Translations under genes and position numbers: made by a program
In this document: piece by piece, positions 30,001-42,225 of the stretch
How the letters are laid out: the number at the start of each line of letters is the position of its first letter
Numbering within the stretch: position 1 is the stretch's first letter
Notes under the pieces: generated by a model
The model's input: the letters and a program-made list of their open reading frames with translations, nothing else
What the model was told of the DNA's origin: nothing
Databases searched by the model: none
From: Eledone cirrhosa
Lineage: Eukaryota
Length of the DNA: 64,000 nucleotides
Reading direction: 5' to 3'
Assembly (NCBI GenBank): GCA_964016885.1
Contig: OZ024741.1
Coordinates: 6,076,001-6,140,000, forward strand

Positions 30001-33000
30001 GGTATGTGTGATATAGCAGAGGTGTGTGTGATGTAGCAGAGGTGTGTGTGATATAGGAGAGGTGTGTGTGATATGGCAGAGGTGTGTGTGATATAACAGA
30101 GGTGTGTGATATAGCAGAGGTGTGTGATATAGCAGGGGTGTGTGTGATATAACAGAGGTATGTGATATAGCAGAGGTGTGTGATATAGCAGAGGTGTGTT
30201 TGATATAGCAGTGGTGTGTGTGATATAGCAGAGATGTGTATGATATAACAGAGGTGTGTGTGATATGGCAGAGGTATGTGTGATATAGTAGAGGTGTGTG
30301 ATATGGCAGAGGTGTGTGTGATATAACAGAGGTGTGTGATATAGCAGAGGTGTGTGATATAGCAGGTGTGTTTGATATAGCAGTGGTGTGTGTGATATAG
30401 CAGAGATGTGTGATAGGGCAGAGGTGTGTGATATAGCAAAGGTGTGTGTGATATAGGAGAGGTGTGTGTGATATGGCAGGTGTGTGTGATGTAGCAGAGA
30501 TGTGTGTGATATAGCAGATGTGTGTGATATGGCAGAGGTGTGTGTGATATAGCAGAGGTGTGTGTGATATAGCAGAGGTGTTTGATATGGCAGAGGTGTG
30601 TGTTATATGGCAGAGGTGTGTGTGATATGGCAGAGGTGTGTGTGATAAAGCAGAGGTGTGTGATATAGCAGAGGTGTGTGATATGGCAGAGGTGTGTGAT
30701 ATGGCAGAGGTGTGTGTGATATGGAAGAGGTGTGTGTGATATAGCAGAGCTGTGTGTGATATGGCAGAGGTGTGTGTGATATAGCAGAGGTGTGTGATAT
30801 AGCAGAGGTGTGTGTGATATAGCAAATGTGTGTGATATGGCAGAGGTGCGTGTGATATAGCAGAGGTGTGTGATATGACAGAGTTGTGTGATATGGCAGA
30901 GGTGTGTGTGATATGGCAGAGGTGTGTGTGATATAGCAGAGCTGTGTGTGATATGGCAGAGGTGTGTGTGATATAGCAGAGGTGTGTGATATAGCAGAGG
31001 TGTGTGTGATATAGCAAATGTGTGTGATATGGCAGAGGTGCATGTGATATAGCAGAGGTGCGTGTGATATAGCAGAAGTGTGTGTGATATAGCAGAGGTG
31101 TGTGATATAGCAGGTGTGTGTGATATAGCAGAGGTGTGTGTGATATAGCAGAGGTGTGTGATATAGCAGAGGTGTGTGTGATATGGCAGAGGTGTGTGTG
31201 ATATGGCAGAGGTGTGTGTGATATAACAGTGGTGTGTGATATAGCAGAGGTGTGTGTGATATAGCAGAGGTGTGTGTGATATGGCAGAGGTGTGTGTGAT
31301 ATAACAGTGGTGTGTGATATAGCAGAGGTGTGTGATATAGCAGAGGTGTGATATAGCAGATGTGTGTGATATGGCAGAGGTGTGTGTGATATAGCAGAGG
31401 TGTGTGATATAGCAGAGGTGTGTGTGATATAGCAGATGTGTGTGATATAGCAGGTGTGTGTGATATAGCAGATGTGTGTGTGATGTAGCAGAGGTATGTG
31501 TGATATAGCAGAGGTGTGTGATATAGTAGAGGTGTGTGATATGGCAGAGGTGTGTGTGATATAGCAGAGGTGTGTGATATAGCAGAGGTGTGTGATATGG
31601 CAGAGATGTGTGTGATATAGCAGAGGTGTGTGTGATATGGCAGAGGTGTGTGTGATATAACAGTGGTGTGTGATATAGCAGAGGTGTGTGATATAGCAGA
31701 GGTGTGTGATATAGCAGATGTGTGTGATATGGCAGAGGTGTGTGTGATATAGCAGAGGTGTGTGTGATATAGCAGAGGTGTGTGTTATATGGCAGAGGTG
31801 TGTGTGATATAGCAGAGGTGTGTGTGATATGGCAGAGGTGTGTGTGATAAAGCAGAGGTGTGTGATATACAAAGATCTGTGTGATATAGCAGGTGTGTGA
31901 TATAGCAGAGGTGTGTGATATGGCAGAGGTGTGTGTGATATGGCAGAGGTGTGTGTGATATAGCAGAGGTGAGTGTGATGTAGCAGAGGCATGTGTGATA
32001 TAGCAGAGGTATGTGTGATATAGCAGAGGTGTGTGATATGGCAGAGGTGTGTGTGATATAGCAGAGGTGTGTGATATAGCAGAGGTGTGTGTGATATGGC
32101 AGAGGTGTGTGTGATATGGCAGAGGTGTGTGTGATATAACAGTGGTGTGTGATATAGCAGAGGTGTGTGTGATATAGCAGAGGTGTGTGTGATATGGCAG
32201 AGGTGTGTGTGATATAACAGTGGTGTGTGATATAGCAGAGGTGTGTGATATAGCAGAGGTGTGATATAGCAGATGTGTGTGATATGGCAGAGGTGTGTGT
32301 GATATAGCAGAGGTGTGTGTGATATAGCAGAGGTGTGTGTTATATGGCAGAGGTGTGTGTGATATAGCAGAGGTGTGTGTGATATGGTAGAGGTGTGTGT
32401 GATAAAGCAGAGGTGTGTGATATACAAAGGTCTGTGTGATATAGCAGGTGTGTGATATAGCAGAGGTGTGTGTGATATAGCAGAGGTGTGTGTGATATAG
32501 CAGAGGTGTGTGTGATGTAGCAGAGGTATGTGTGATATAGCAGAGGTGTGTGTGATGTAGCAGAGGTGTGTGTGATATAGGAGAGGTGTGTGTGATATGG
32601 CAGAGGTGTGTGTGATATAACAGAGGTGTGTGATATAGCAGAGGTGTGTGATATAGCAGGGGTGTGTGTGATATAACAGAGGTATGTGATATAGCAGAGG
32701 TGTGTGATATAGCAGAGGTGTGTTTGATATAGCAGTGGTGTGTGTGATATAGCAGAGATGTGTATGATATAACAGAGGTGTGTGTGATATGGCAGAGGTA
32801 TGTGTGATATAGTAGAGGTGTGTGATATGGCAGAGGTGTGTGTGATATAACAGAGGTGTGTGATATAGCAGAGGTGTGTGATATAGCAGGTGTGTTTGAT
32901 ATAGCAGTGGTGTGTGTGATATAGCAGAGATGTGTGATAGGGCAGAGGTGTGTGATATAGCAAAGGTGTGTGTGATATAGGAGAGGTGTGTGTGATATGG

Positions 33001-36000
33001 CAGGTGTGTGTGATGTAGCAGAGATGTGTGTGATATAGCAGATGTGTGTGATATGGCAGAGGTGTGTGTGATATAGCAGAGGTGTGTGTGATATAGCAGA
33101 GGTGTTTGATATGGCAGAGGTGTGTGTTATATGGCAGAGGTGTGTGTGATATGGCAGAGGTGTGTGTGATAAAGCAGAGGTGTGTGATATAGCAGAGGTG
33201 TGTGATATGGCAGAGGTGTGTGATATGGCAGAGGTGTGTGTGATATGGAAGAGGTGTGTGTGATATAGCAGAGCTGTGTGTGATATGGCAGAGGTGTGTG
33301 TGATATAGCAGAGGTGTGTGATATAGCAGAGGTGTGTGTGATATAGCAAATGTGTGTGATATGGCAGAGGTGCGTGTGATATAGCAGAGGTGTGTGATAT
33401 GACAGAGTTGTGTGATATGGCAGAGGTGTGTGTGATATGGCAGAGGTGTGTGTGATATAGCAGAGCTGTGTGTGATATGGCAGAGGTGTGTGTGATATAG
33501 CAGAGGTGTGTGATATAGCAGAGGTGTGTGTGATATAGCAAATGTGTGTGATATGGCAGAGGTGCATGTGATATAGCAGAGGTGCGTGTGATATAGCAGA
33601 AGTGTGTGTGATATAGCAGAGGTGTGTGATATAGCAGGTGTGTGTGATATAGCAGAGGTGTGTGTGATATAGCAGAGGTGTGTGATATAGCAGAGGTGTG
33701 TGTGATATGGCAGAGGTGTGTGTGATATGGCAGAGGTGTGTGTGATATAACAGTGGTGTGTGATATAGCAGAGGTGTGTGTGATATAGCAGAGGTGTGTG
33801 TGATATGGCAGAGGTGTGTGTGATATAACAGTGGTGTGTGATATAGCAGAGGTGTGTGATATAGCAGAGGTGTGATATAGCAGATGTGTGTGATATGGCA
33901 GAGGTGTGTGTGATATAGCAGAGGTGTGTGTGATATAGCAGAGGTGTGTGTTATATGGCAGAGGTGTGTGTGATATAGCAGAGGTGTGTGTGATATGGTA
34001 GAGGTGTGTGTGATAAAGCAGAGGTGTGTGATATACAAAGGTCTGTGTGATATAGCAGGTGTGTGATATAGCAGAGGTGTGTGTGATATAGCAGAGGTGT
34101 GTGTGATATAGCAGAGGTGTGTGTGATGTAGCAGAGGTATGTGTGATATAGCAGAGGTGTGTGTGATGTAGCAGAGGTGTGTGTGATATAGGAGAGGTGT
34201 GTGTGATATGGCAGAGGTGTGTGTGATATAACAGAGGTGTGTGATATAGCAGAGGTGTGTGATATAGCAGGGGTGTGTGTGATATAACAGAGGTATGTGA
34301 TATAGCAGAGGTGTGTGATATAGCAGAGGTGTGTTTGATATAGCAGTGGTGTGTGTGATATAGCAGAGATGTGTATGATATAACAGAGGTGTGTGTGATA
34401 TGGCAGAGGTATGTGTGATATAGTAGAGGTGTGTGATATGGCAGAGGTGTGTGTGATATAACAGAGGTGTGTGATATAGCAGAGGTGTGTGATATAGCAG
34501 GTGTGTTTGATATAGCAGTGGTGTGTGTGATATAGCAGAGATGTGTGATAGGGCAGAGGTGTGTGATATAGCAAAGGTGTGTGTGATATAGGAGAGGTGT
34601 GTGTGATATGGCAGGTGTGTGTGATGTAGCAGAGATGTGTGTGATATAGCAGATGTGTGTGATATGGCAGAGGTGTGTGTGATATAGCAGAGGTGTGTGT
34701 GATATAGCAGAGGTGTTTGATATGGCAGAGGTGTGTGTTATATGGCAGAGGTGTGTGTGATATGGCAGAGGTGTGTGTGATAAAGCAGAGGTGTGTGATA
34801 TAGCAGAGGTGTGTGATATGGCAGAGGTGTGTGATATGGCAGAGGTGTGTGTGATATGGAAGAGGTGTGTGTGATATAGCAGAGCTGTGTGTGATATGGC
34901 AGAGGTGTGTGTGTGATATAGCAGAGGTGTGTGATATAGCAGAGGTGTGTGTGATATAGCAAATGTGTGTGATATGGCAGAGGTGCGTGTGATATAGCAG
35001 AGGTGTGTGATATGACAGAGTTGTGTGATATGGCAGAGGTGTGTGTGATATGGCAGAGGTGTGTGTGATATAGCAGAGCTGTGTGTGATATGGCAGAGGT
35101 GTGTGTGATATAGCAGAGGTGTGTGATATAGCAGAGGTGTGTGTGATATAGCAAATGTGTGTGATATGGCAGAGGTGCATGTGATATAGCAGAGGTGCGT
35201 GTGATATAGCAGAAGTGTGTGTGATATAGCAGAGGTGTGTGATATAGCAGGTGTGTGTGATATAGCAGAGGTGTGTGTGATATAGCAGAAGTGTGTGATA
35301 TAGCAGGTGTGTGTGATATAGCAGAGGTGTGTGATATAGCAGAGGTGTGTGATATAGCAGGTGTGTGTGTGATATAGCAGAGATGTGTGTGATATAACAG
35401 AGGTGTGTGTGATATAGCAGAGGTGTGTGATAGGGCAGAGGTGTGTGATAGGGCAGAGGTGTGTGATATAGCAAAGGTGTGTGTGATATCGGAGAGGTGT
35501 GTGATATAGCAGAGGTGTGTGATATTGCAGGTGTGTGTGATATCGCAGGTGTGTGTGATATGGCAGAGGTGTGTGATATAGCAGAGGTGTGTGATATAGC
35601 AGTGTGTGATATGGCAGAGGTGTGTGTGATATGGCAGAGGTGTGTGTTATATAGCAGAGGTGTGTGTGATATAGCAGAGATGTGTGTGTGATATAGCAGA
35701 GATGTGTGATATGGCAGAGGTGTGTGATATAGCAGATGTGTGTGATATAGCAGAGGTACGCGTGATATGGCAGGTGTGTGTGATATGGCAGAGGCGTGTG
35801 TGATATAGGAGATGCGTGTGTGATATAGCAGAGGTGTGTGATATAGCAGTGGTGTGTGTGATATAGCAGTGTGTGATATAGCAGAGGTGTGATATAACAG
35901 AGGTGTGTGTGATATAGCAGAGGTGTGTGATATAGCAAAGGTGTGTGTGATATAGCAGGTGTGTGATGTAGCAGGTGTGTGATATATAGCAGAGGTGTGT

Positions 36001-36050
36001 GTGATATGGCAGAGGTGTGTGTGATATAGCAAAGGTGTGTGTCATATGAC
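1..36050. repeat. Satellite array 1: 18/20-bp unit GATATAGCAGAGGTGTGT(GT), continues past the left edge
   Basis: Continuous tandem copies of GATATAGCAGAG followed by 3-4 GT. Recurrent variants include GATATGGCAG, GATATAACAG, GCAGGTGT and GCAGAAGT. The array decays from ~35400 and ends near 36050. Confidence 0.98.
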
Positions 36051-37616
36051 AGTCTGTGACTGATATAAGCAGTAGGAAGGTACAACATAATCCTCAAATG
36101 ATCTGGAGATCCCAGGGTAGAGTTGAAACCCACTCTCCTCAGGTTGCAGGTGAATCAACATATAATGTCTGCTTTCCCTGTTAAGGGTTGGACAGGTCTA
36201 CATCAAGTTAGTACTGAAGCTGAGCCACTGACATCCCAGAGACGCTGGCGAAGTCTGTATCCTGCTTACATAGTCATATCAAATGCAGAGTTGTCGTGCC
36301 TTTTCACTCAAACTGTTTCGAATGCTTTCTACAGATGGATGATTCACAAAAATCAGTACACGAACCAATGAAGGAATTCAACAGCAGTCAAATCTCCATA
36401 CAACTAGTAGGACACATTGAATAAATAATCAAATTAAGCCCTAAAAGGTTTGGAAGGTCTATGAATGCCTATGACTGTATCAACTTGATCAGAATTGAAC
36501 TGGAGCTAAACTACATGTAAGTCAATCAATGAATATTGAGCCAATAGCTTAATAACATTGAAACTAAATTATGAAATACATTATTTAACACACTTATCAG
36601 GTTTTGATCAGTTCAATAACCAATCAGATATAGTAACTGCCTTATTTCGTAAACACAAATTTCAAATTTAGACTCCATTCTGTTGCAACTTTCAGTAACT
36701 CAATTTCCACAAGCTGTAAAATCAGTTGTTTCAGATACACTCTACTATATGTATTGAGTACTTTTTGACATATATTTCTAAATGCTTGATTGAGTGTATG
36801 TCCAGCTCCTCCCCTCCCACTTTACCTCACGTATATTACTTCTCTCTCTATCTCACATTCTGCCCAAGACACCATTGTAGTCACAGTAGAAGCTGGAGCA
36901 TGTCTGCCAGTAAAGCAAGTGATTCTGTTTCTGAATGTAGTCTTCGATGTTTGTTTATGTTAACAGCAGTACTGTCTTACATGTAGGAACAGCACTCCAT
37001 TATGGATCTTACCTGAGTTTTGTCGAGGGTCAGAGGTTTTTGGGCTCCTGAAGTGTTTTCTAGCTCTGAAGAGAAGGACCACTCTTCTCTTACAGATTCA
37101 GTTCAAAATATATTTAGGATATGTTTTCACCATGAGAGATTGTCAGTGATAAGGCAAAACAGATCAAATGTAAGGGCTCTAATCTCATGCTGTTCATTGA
37201 AGTATAAGGTGCAGCAATGGTTTAGTTCTACAATCAACAAAGCAAATGAAAATAAAACTGAATCAGATTTTTATCTGGTTTCAGTCATTTCACTGGTTTG
37301 TGGTCGTACTGGAGCAATAAGTATTGGATCAATACTTAATGCAGCCTGTTACTTATTCTATCAATATCTATTTGCTAAACTATGTTACCAGACAAACAGT
37401 AAGAACAGACATCGACACACGCTCAATATAAACATCGTTTTAAATAATATATCTATGTAGAGTTGCAATTATTATTTCCCAAGAAATATTGAGTCATCTC
37501 TTTCTTAAACAGCAGCGGTTGGATACTACGCAGAGAAAGTATATTAAAAAGTGCACCGGTAGCCGAGGTGTATGATAATGTTATATCTGTATACATACAG
37601 AGTGTGCAGCAGAGAC

Positions 37617-37756
37617 TTTTACGTCCGCTTTCCCCCTGCTTGCAAGGGTGGGACGGGTCCTATTCAGCACAACATCTCTCCACTTGTCACCTCGTCCGTG
37701 AGCTTCAGCAATCTGAGGTCTGCTCTCACCACCTCCGCCCATGTTTTTCGTGGTCT
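37617..37756 (-). mobile_element. 5'-truncated RTE-clade LINE 3' end (degenerate)
   Basis: The minus strand translates RPRKTWAEVVRADLRLLKLTDEVT and then, after a frameshift, WRDVVLNRTRPTLASRGK. This matches the RPRKTW..DL..L C-terminal motif of RTE ORF2. It is followed by GCAAGCAGGGGGAAAGCGGACGTAAAA, which resembles RTE tail sequence. Confidence 0.7.
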
Positions 37757-37795
37757 TATATATATATATATATATATATAAGACCACGAAAAACA
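37742..37795. repeat. Perfect 54-bp palindrome centred on (TA)12
   Basis: TGTTTTTCGTGGTCT-(TA)12-AGACCACGAAAAACA; the 15-bp arms are exact reverse complements. Confidence 0.95.
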
Positions 37796-37949
37796 CACAC
37801 ACACACACACACACATATCTAACGTGTAAACATGCCAGAAAATACGAATTTTCCTGTAAATTGAAAAAAATATATTTCCCTAGACAGAATTTGAATCAAG
37901 ATTTAGATACTAAATCTTCAAAGTTCAAACCCTTCCTTGGGAAATGTGT

Positions 37950-37953
<4 letters not shown>

Positions 37954-37990
<37 letters not shown>
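37954..37990 (+). repeat. Poly-G tract (37 G)
   Basis: Uninterrupted G run. Confidence 0.9.
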
Positions 37991-38291
37991 CTGCTGGCTC
38001 TTTGGCATGAAGAGACATACAAAAGGTTGCTGTATCTAGCCAGAATTTTCTCACCTTTTTTCTGTTTAAACTGGCCATAAATGACCACTCATACTGATGT
38101 TAAGGTATTGTTCTCAAAATAAAATATCAAAATCTCAGATTCGATATTGTGAAATAATTATATAACAGCCTTTACCACGAAAATACAATATAGTCATGTA
38201 AATGGTAAAGGGTTAATGAGAAAGTTATATTACTAAATTCCTCAAAATCATAAGCACCGACTATTAGAAATATGGTAACAATGGAAATACA

Positions 38292-38467
38292 GTTTATATT
38301 TATCTAAAAACCTTCCATCATAATTTTATGTAAGAACCTTTGTTAAGTTATGTTCCTGACACCAAGTGTATTCATTAGAAATATAGTAAACAAAAGGGTT
38401 AAAGTGTTTATATTTATCTAAAAGCCTTCCATCATAATTTTATGTAAGAACCTTTGTTAAGTTATGT
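38292..38467. repeat. Direct duplication, ~62 bp near-identical core, period ~114 bp
   Basis: GTTTATATTTATCTAAAA(A/G)CCTTCCATCATAATTTTATGTAAGAACCTTTGTTAAGTTATGT at 38292 and 38406. Confidence 0.9.
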
Positions 38468-38887
38468 CCCAACCATCATAGGCTTAATAATGAAATAGTT
38501 GAGATAGTTATTTTACGAAATCCCTCCAGATTCTTGATTATTTTCAAAATGGTTTCAAAATTATCGGCAGTGTCTTTCATTAGAAAAATAGTTGAGGAGC
38601 AATGACACAATGCTGAAATAAATGAAATTTTACAACAAACTCACAGATTTAATGACACAAAATAACAGAAATCAACAAAATTTACTTTCCAATTTTAGTA
38701 AAAGAATGTTTTAATTTTAAAAAAAGAACAAAATAGAAGGAAATGTGAAGAAAAGAGGAAAAGATTTGAGATTCATTCAGCAAAATATAGAATATTTCCT
38801 CTTCTAGAAACAGTTTTATTAGGGGGGGGGGGATTTATAAATACCAGCAGGGGCTCATTTCTAAAAAATATTTTGTAAGCTTTATTT

Positions 38888-39415
38888 TATATATATATAT
38901 ATATACATACATACATACATATATACATACATATATACATACATACATGCATATATACATACATACATGCATATATACATACATACATGCATGTATATAT
39001 GCATACATACATGTATACACACATGCATACATACATGTATACACACATGCATACATACATGTATACACACATACACACATACATGTATACACACATGTAT
39101 ACACATACACACATGCATGTATACACACATGCATACACATACACACATGCATGCATACATACATACATGTATGTATACACACATACATGTATACACACAT
39201 ACATACATACATGTATACACACATACATGTATACACACATACATACATGTATACACACATGCATACATACATGTATATACACATACATACATGTATATAC
39301 ACATACATACATACATACATATATACATGTATATACACATACATACATGTATATACACATACATACATGTATATACACATACATACATACATGTATACAC
39401 ACATACATGTATGTG
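38888..39415. repeat. Complex (TA)/(ACAT)/(ACAC)/(ATGT) microsatellite
   Basis: Alternating purine-pyrimidine low-complexity tract. Confidence 0.95.
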
Positions 39416-39507
39416 AATGGATGGATAGATGAATGAGTAGATGAGAGAAACTAGAAGGAAGGTTGAGCAATGAATATTGGAGTTATTCTGATTAAGAAGA
39501 AGCAACC

Positions 39508-39597
39508 AGAGAAAGAGAGAGCGAGAGAGAGAGCGAAAGAGCGAGAGAGAGCGAGGGAGCGAGAGAGCGAGCGAGCGAGCGAGAGAGCGAGGGGGGG
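39508..39597. repeat. (GA)/(GAGC) microsatellite
   Basis: GAGAGAGCGAGAGCGAGCGAGC... tract. Confidence 0.9.
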
Positions 39598-39884
39598 TAC
39601 TAGCATCCGTCAGAAACAGTATATTTGCTTTTAATTAACATAAATATTTAGCTGTGGTATGTTTTGGTTAAATAGAGAATAAGATTGTGTAAAACATAAG
39701 TGAAACATTTAAATATAAACAATATGATGGAATATAAGAATTGGGCGGCTGAGTTTTATGTCAGAAATAAGAAAGTTTCCAAGTTATTTTGTTCAGTTTT
39801 ACTACAAGTTTAAACAAACTGTTTCAGAAATCAATTGAGATCGATCTTACAACCACATGCTTGACAACATGTCATATATAGATG

Positions 39885-40040
39885 GTTTCTAATTTAGATA
39901 CAAGGCTAGCAAATTCGGGATGGGGAGGAAGCTGATTTTTAGTTCTTATCCCGGAAGGATGGAAGGCAAAGTTGACCTCAGCGGGATTTGAACACAGAAC
40001 TGCAAAGTATTTGTCCCACGATCTAACCATTCTGCCAACC
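39885..40040 (-). mobile_element. tRNA-derived SINE, degraded copy
   Basis: GGATGGAAGGCAAAGTTGACCTCAGCGGGATTTGAAC...ATTCTGCCA is the reverse complement of the B-box and core seen in the 49244 copy. The tail motif ACAAGGCTAGCAAATT is present. Confidence 0.75.
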
Positions 40041-40720
40041 CAGTTAACCATGACAACTTAGACAACATTTAAACTTAACCAATTTAAAAAAAGGGGCAAT
40101 GCAACAGATGTCTATGATAGAGAAAAGTTATAAGAGGGAGCAAAATAAAGGTTTTTTCATGTTCCTCACATATTTTAGTTCGTATTAGACTAAGTAACTA
40201 TTTTAGTAAACGTATTAAAACAGCTACAAGTAAATTACTATGATTGAGTCAGTTGATTTATACCTACTTCCTACATCAACACCTAATTAAAAGGAAAAAG
40301 GATTTTAAGAGTCTAAAGTACAATTCAACGGACAGATTTATTTACATGTGGTGGTGTTAGACCTGCCATGAATTGACTAGATTCAGGGTCACCTATATTT
40401 TGATAGGACAGCTAAATATATACTGCTTTAATTAAAAAGTTTAATTAGCAGTATTTAATTAGAGAAGAACAACAACAAATACTGGAGAAACTAGAAACAT
40501 ATCCAGGTTAATGTGTCACAAAGTGGGGTTATACAGGATCATCACCAGAGAACTCGATATAAGGTTTGAGCCAACGAAGGATTTTAAAGACACCGGTTTC
40601 ATTAAGCTCATGTTTAAAATATAAAATATAAAACATTTAGGCTTATATTGTGCACTCTATTTTACTGAAATATTACAGTCAAAGGAATAATGATTATATA
40701 TCAGGATTAAACCAGTATTA

Positions 40721-40907
40721 AACTAGTTCGACCATTATTCAACAGAGTACTCGATACTTGAGGTAGTGGAGTGACTATATTAGAGTCGGGACCCGACGAC
40801 TGAGCCCTTAACTGGTTAGACCAGAAACTGGTTAGACCATTACTCAACAGAGTAGTCGATACGTGGGATAGTAGAGTATGGGTATATGAAAGAGTGGGGT
40901 CCCGACT
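40721..40907. repeat. Diverged ~105-bp direct duplication
   Basis: GACCATTATTCAACAGAGTACTCGATAC...GAGTCGGGACCCGAC versus GACCATTACTCAACAGAGTAGTCGATAC...GAGTGGGGTCCCGAC, with an extra AACTGGTTAGACCA copy at the junction. Confidence 0.8.
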
Positions 40908-41462
40908 CTTTTAGAGAGAGAGAGAGATTTCTTTATTGTATATAGAGATAGATAGATAAATTGTACAGTTGCCCCGTGATTTGTTCGTTCATTTTCAACT
41001 AAATATTATATATATATATAACGGTTGTATCTATTAGCAACAAGACTTAAGAAAAAGAGCTGTATAAATATGAGAAAGTATTTTTCAGAGTTGTTGAACT
41101 GAGGAACCCGTTTAAGAAAAACTACGATAAATTAAAAAATCACCAAAAAACTTCCTAACAACGGAACAATGGTGCAGTCCTGTTTACTGAGTCTCCCTTA
41201 TATTTAACCAGTCTATATAATAAACACTGGTATTGAGTTGTTGAATTATTTAGCTGGGTTATCGTAAGTTGTAGCATGTCTGGGTGAAAGAGAAACTACA
41301 ACTCTCAATGACTAGTCTTCTAAGTTGTAAATACTATAAAAAGATATATTCACTACTGTAGCCTGTGAATAACTCAGGAGGAAGACATGTTTTGTGTCAG
41401 ACTGACTTGATCACAGACTGCCTTCGTACCAAAGACTCAATGATTCTATTGATAGGGGCTAA

Positions 41463-41564
41463 GTAGGCCAGTTGACATGGCCCTATAGTTATTTTGTAGG
41501 CCAGTTGACATGGCCTTATAGTTATTTTGTGTGTGATGTATTTATCTGTAAATACATCACACAC
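41463..41564. repeat. 33-bp tandem duplication directly followed by a perfect 16-bp hairpin
   Basis: GTAGGCCAGTTGACATGGCC(C/T)TATAGTTATTTT x2, then GTGTGTGATGTATTTA-TCTG-TAAATACATCACACAC (41529-41564). Confidence 0.9.
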
Positions 41565-42119
41565 CAATTAACAGGCCCTGTCCGTAACCAATAAGTTATA
41601 TGTATTCAACACTAATTAATAAATACTTAACAACCAGTGAGAAACAGGGCCTACATAAGTGGCATTCCTAAGAAAAAAAGCTAGCAGTATAACAATTATC
41701 TAACCATAGTTCTTGCATAATGAACTTAACATTTTGGAATACTATAATATATTAAGATAGAAACGTTTGTTAGATTTTGTTTTGAAAGTGGTCGTATAAC
41801 TGTTCCTTGAATATGCAACATTCTATTAGCTTACCCTATCGTGTTTCACATCAAACACGGACCTATTTCTAACTTAGCATCAGATTTATAGACCCTATAA
41901 CAAAGCCGGACAGAAATCAATCATTTGAACACTGACAAGAAGGAAACTTTTACTATAAATTCTTCTATCTAAGATGGAGTGAAACTTATTCTAGGCCCTA
42001 TTTACGAGATAGTTCAGTCTCTATTTACAACGAGCTAGACATTTTAATAAAGTGCAACAAGTAATTATTTATGGAACTGCGATTAAAAAATAAAGCTCCT
42101 TCCACGGGTTGTAGGTGAA

Positions 42120-42225
42120 ATATTGATTTCTAACAAAGGCTGCACATTGTGTATGGGGGATATGGTCGGCAATATCGACCTCAGTATTTCACTGGTACTT
42201 TACTTCATCCACACTAAAAGGATGC
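42120..42225 (-). mobile_element. SINE 3' fragment
   Basis: ATCGACCTCAGTATTTCACTGGTACTTTACTTCATC...AAGGATG resembles the reverse complement of the SINE core and tail (GTACCAGT...CTG.GGTCGAT). Confidence 0.6.

Noticed and set aside
1289-36133. Dozens of long His/Thr/Tyr-rich ORFs up to 2105 aa
   Set aside because: They are translations of the satellite. The C/A-rich strand rarely makes stops, all frames give the same peptides, and many starts are non-ATG.
37581-37742. ORF MGGGGESRPQ... with a good AAAAACATGG start context
   Set aside because: Better explained as a frameshifted RTE LINE remnant; splicing to the 37227 acceptor gives an immediate stop.
38835-39505. Overlapping MYVC/HTYI ORFs (likewise at 46109-46671 and 48027-48465)
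   Set aside because: These are microsatellite translations.
36115-41125. Other CTGANGA motifs (36136-36142 minus, 37066 plus, 41099 plus) as hammerheads
   Set aside because: Either no GAAA follows the stem, or no stem II, III or I pairing can be formed.
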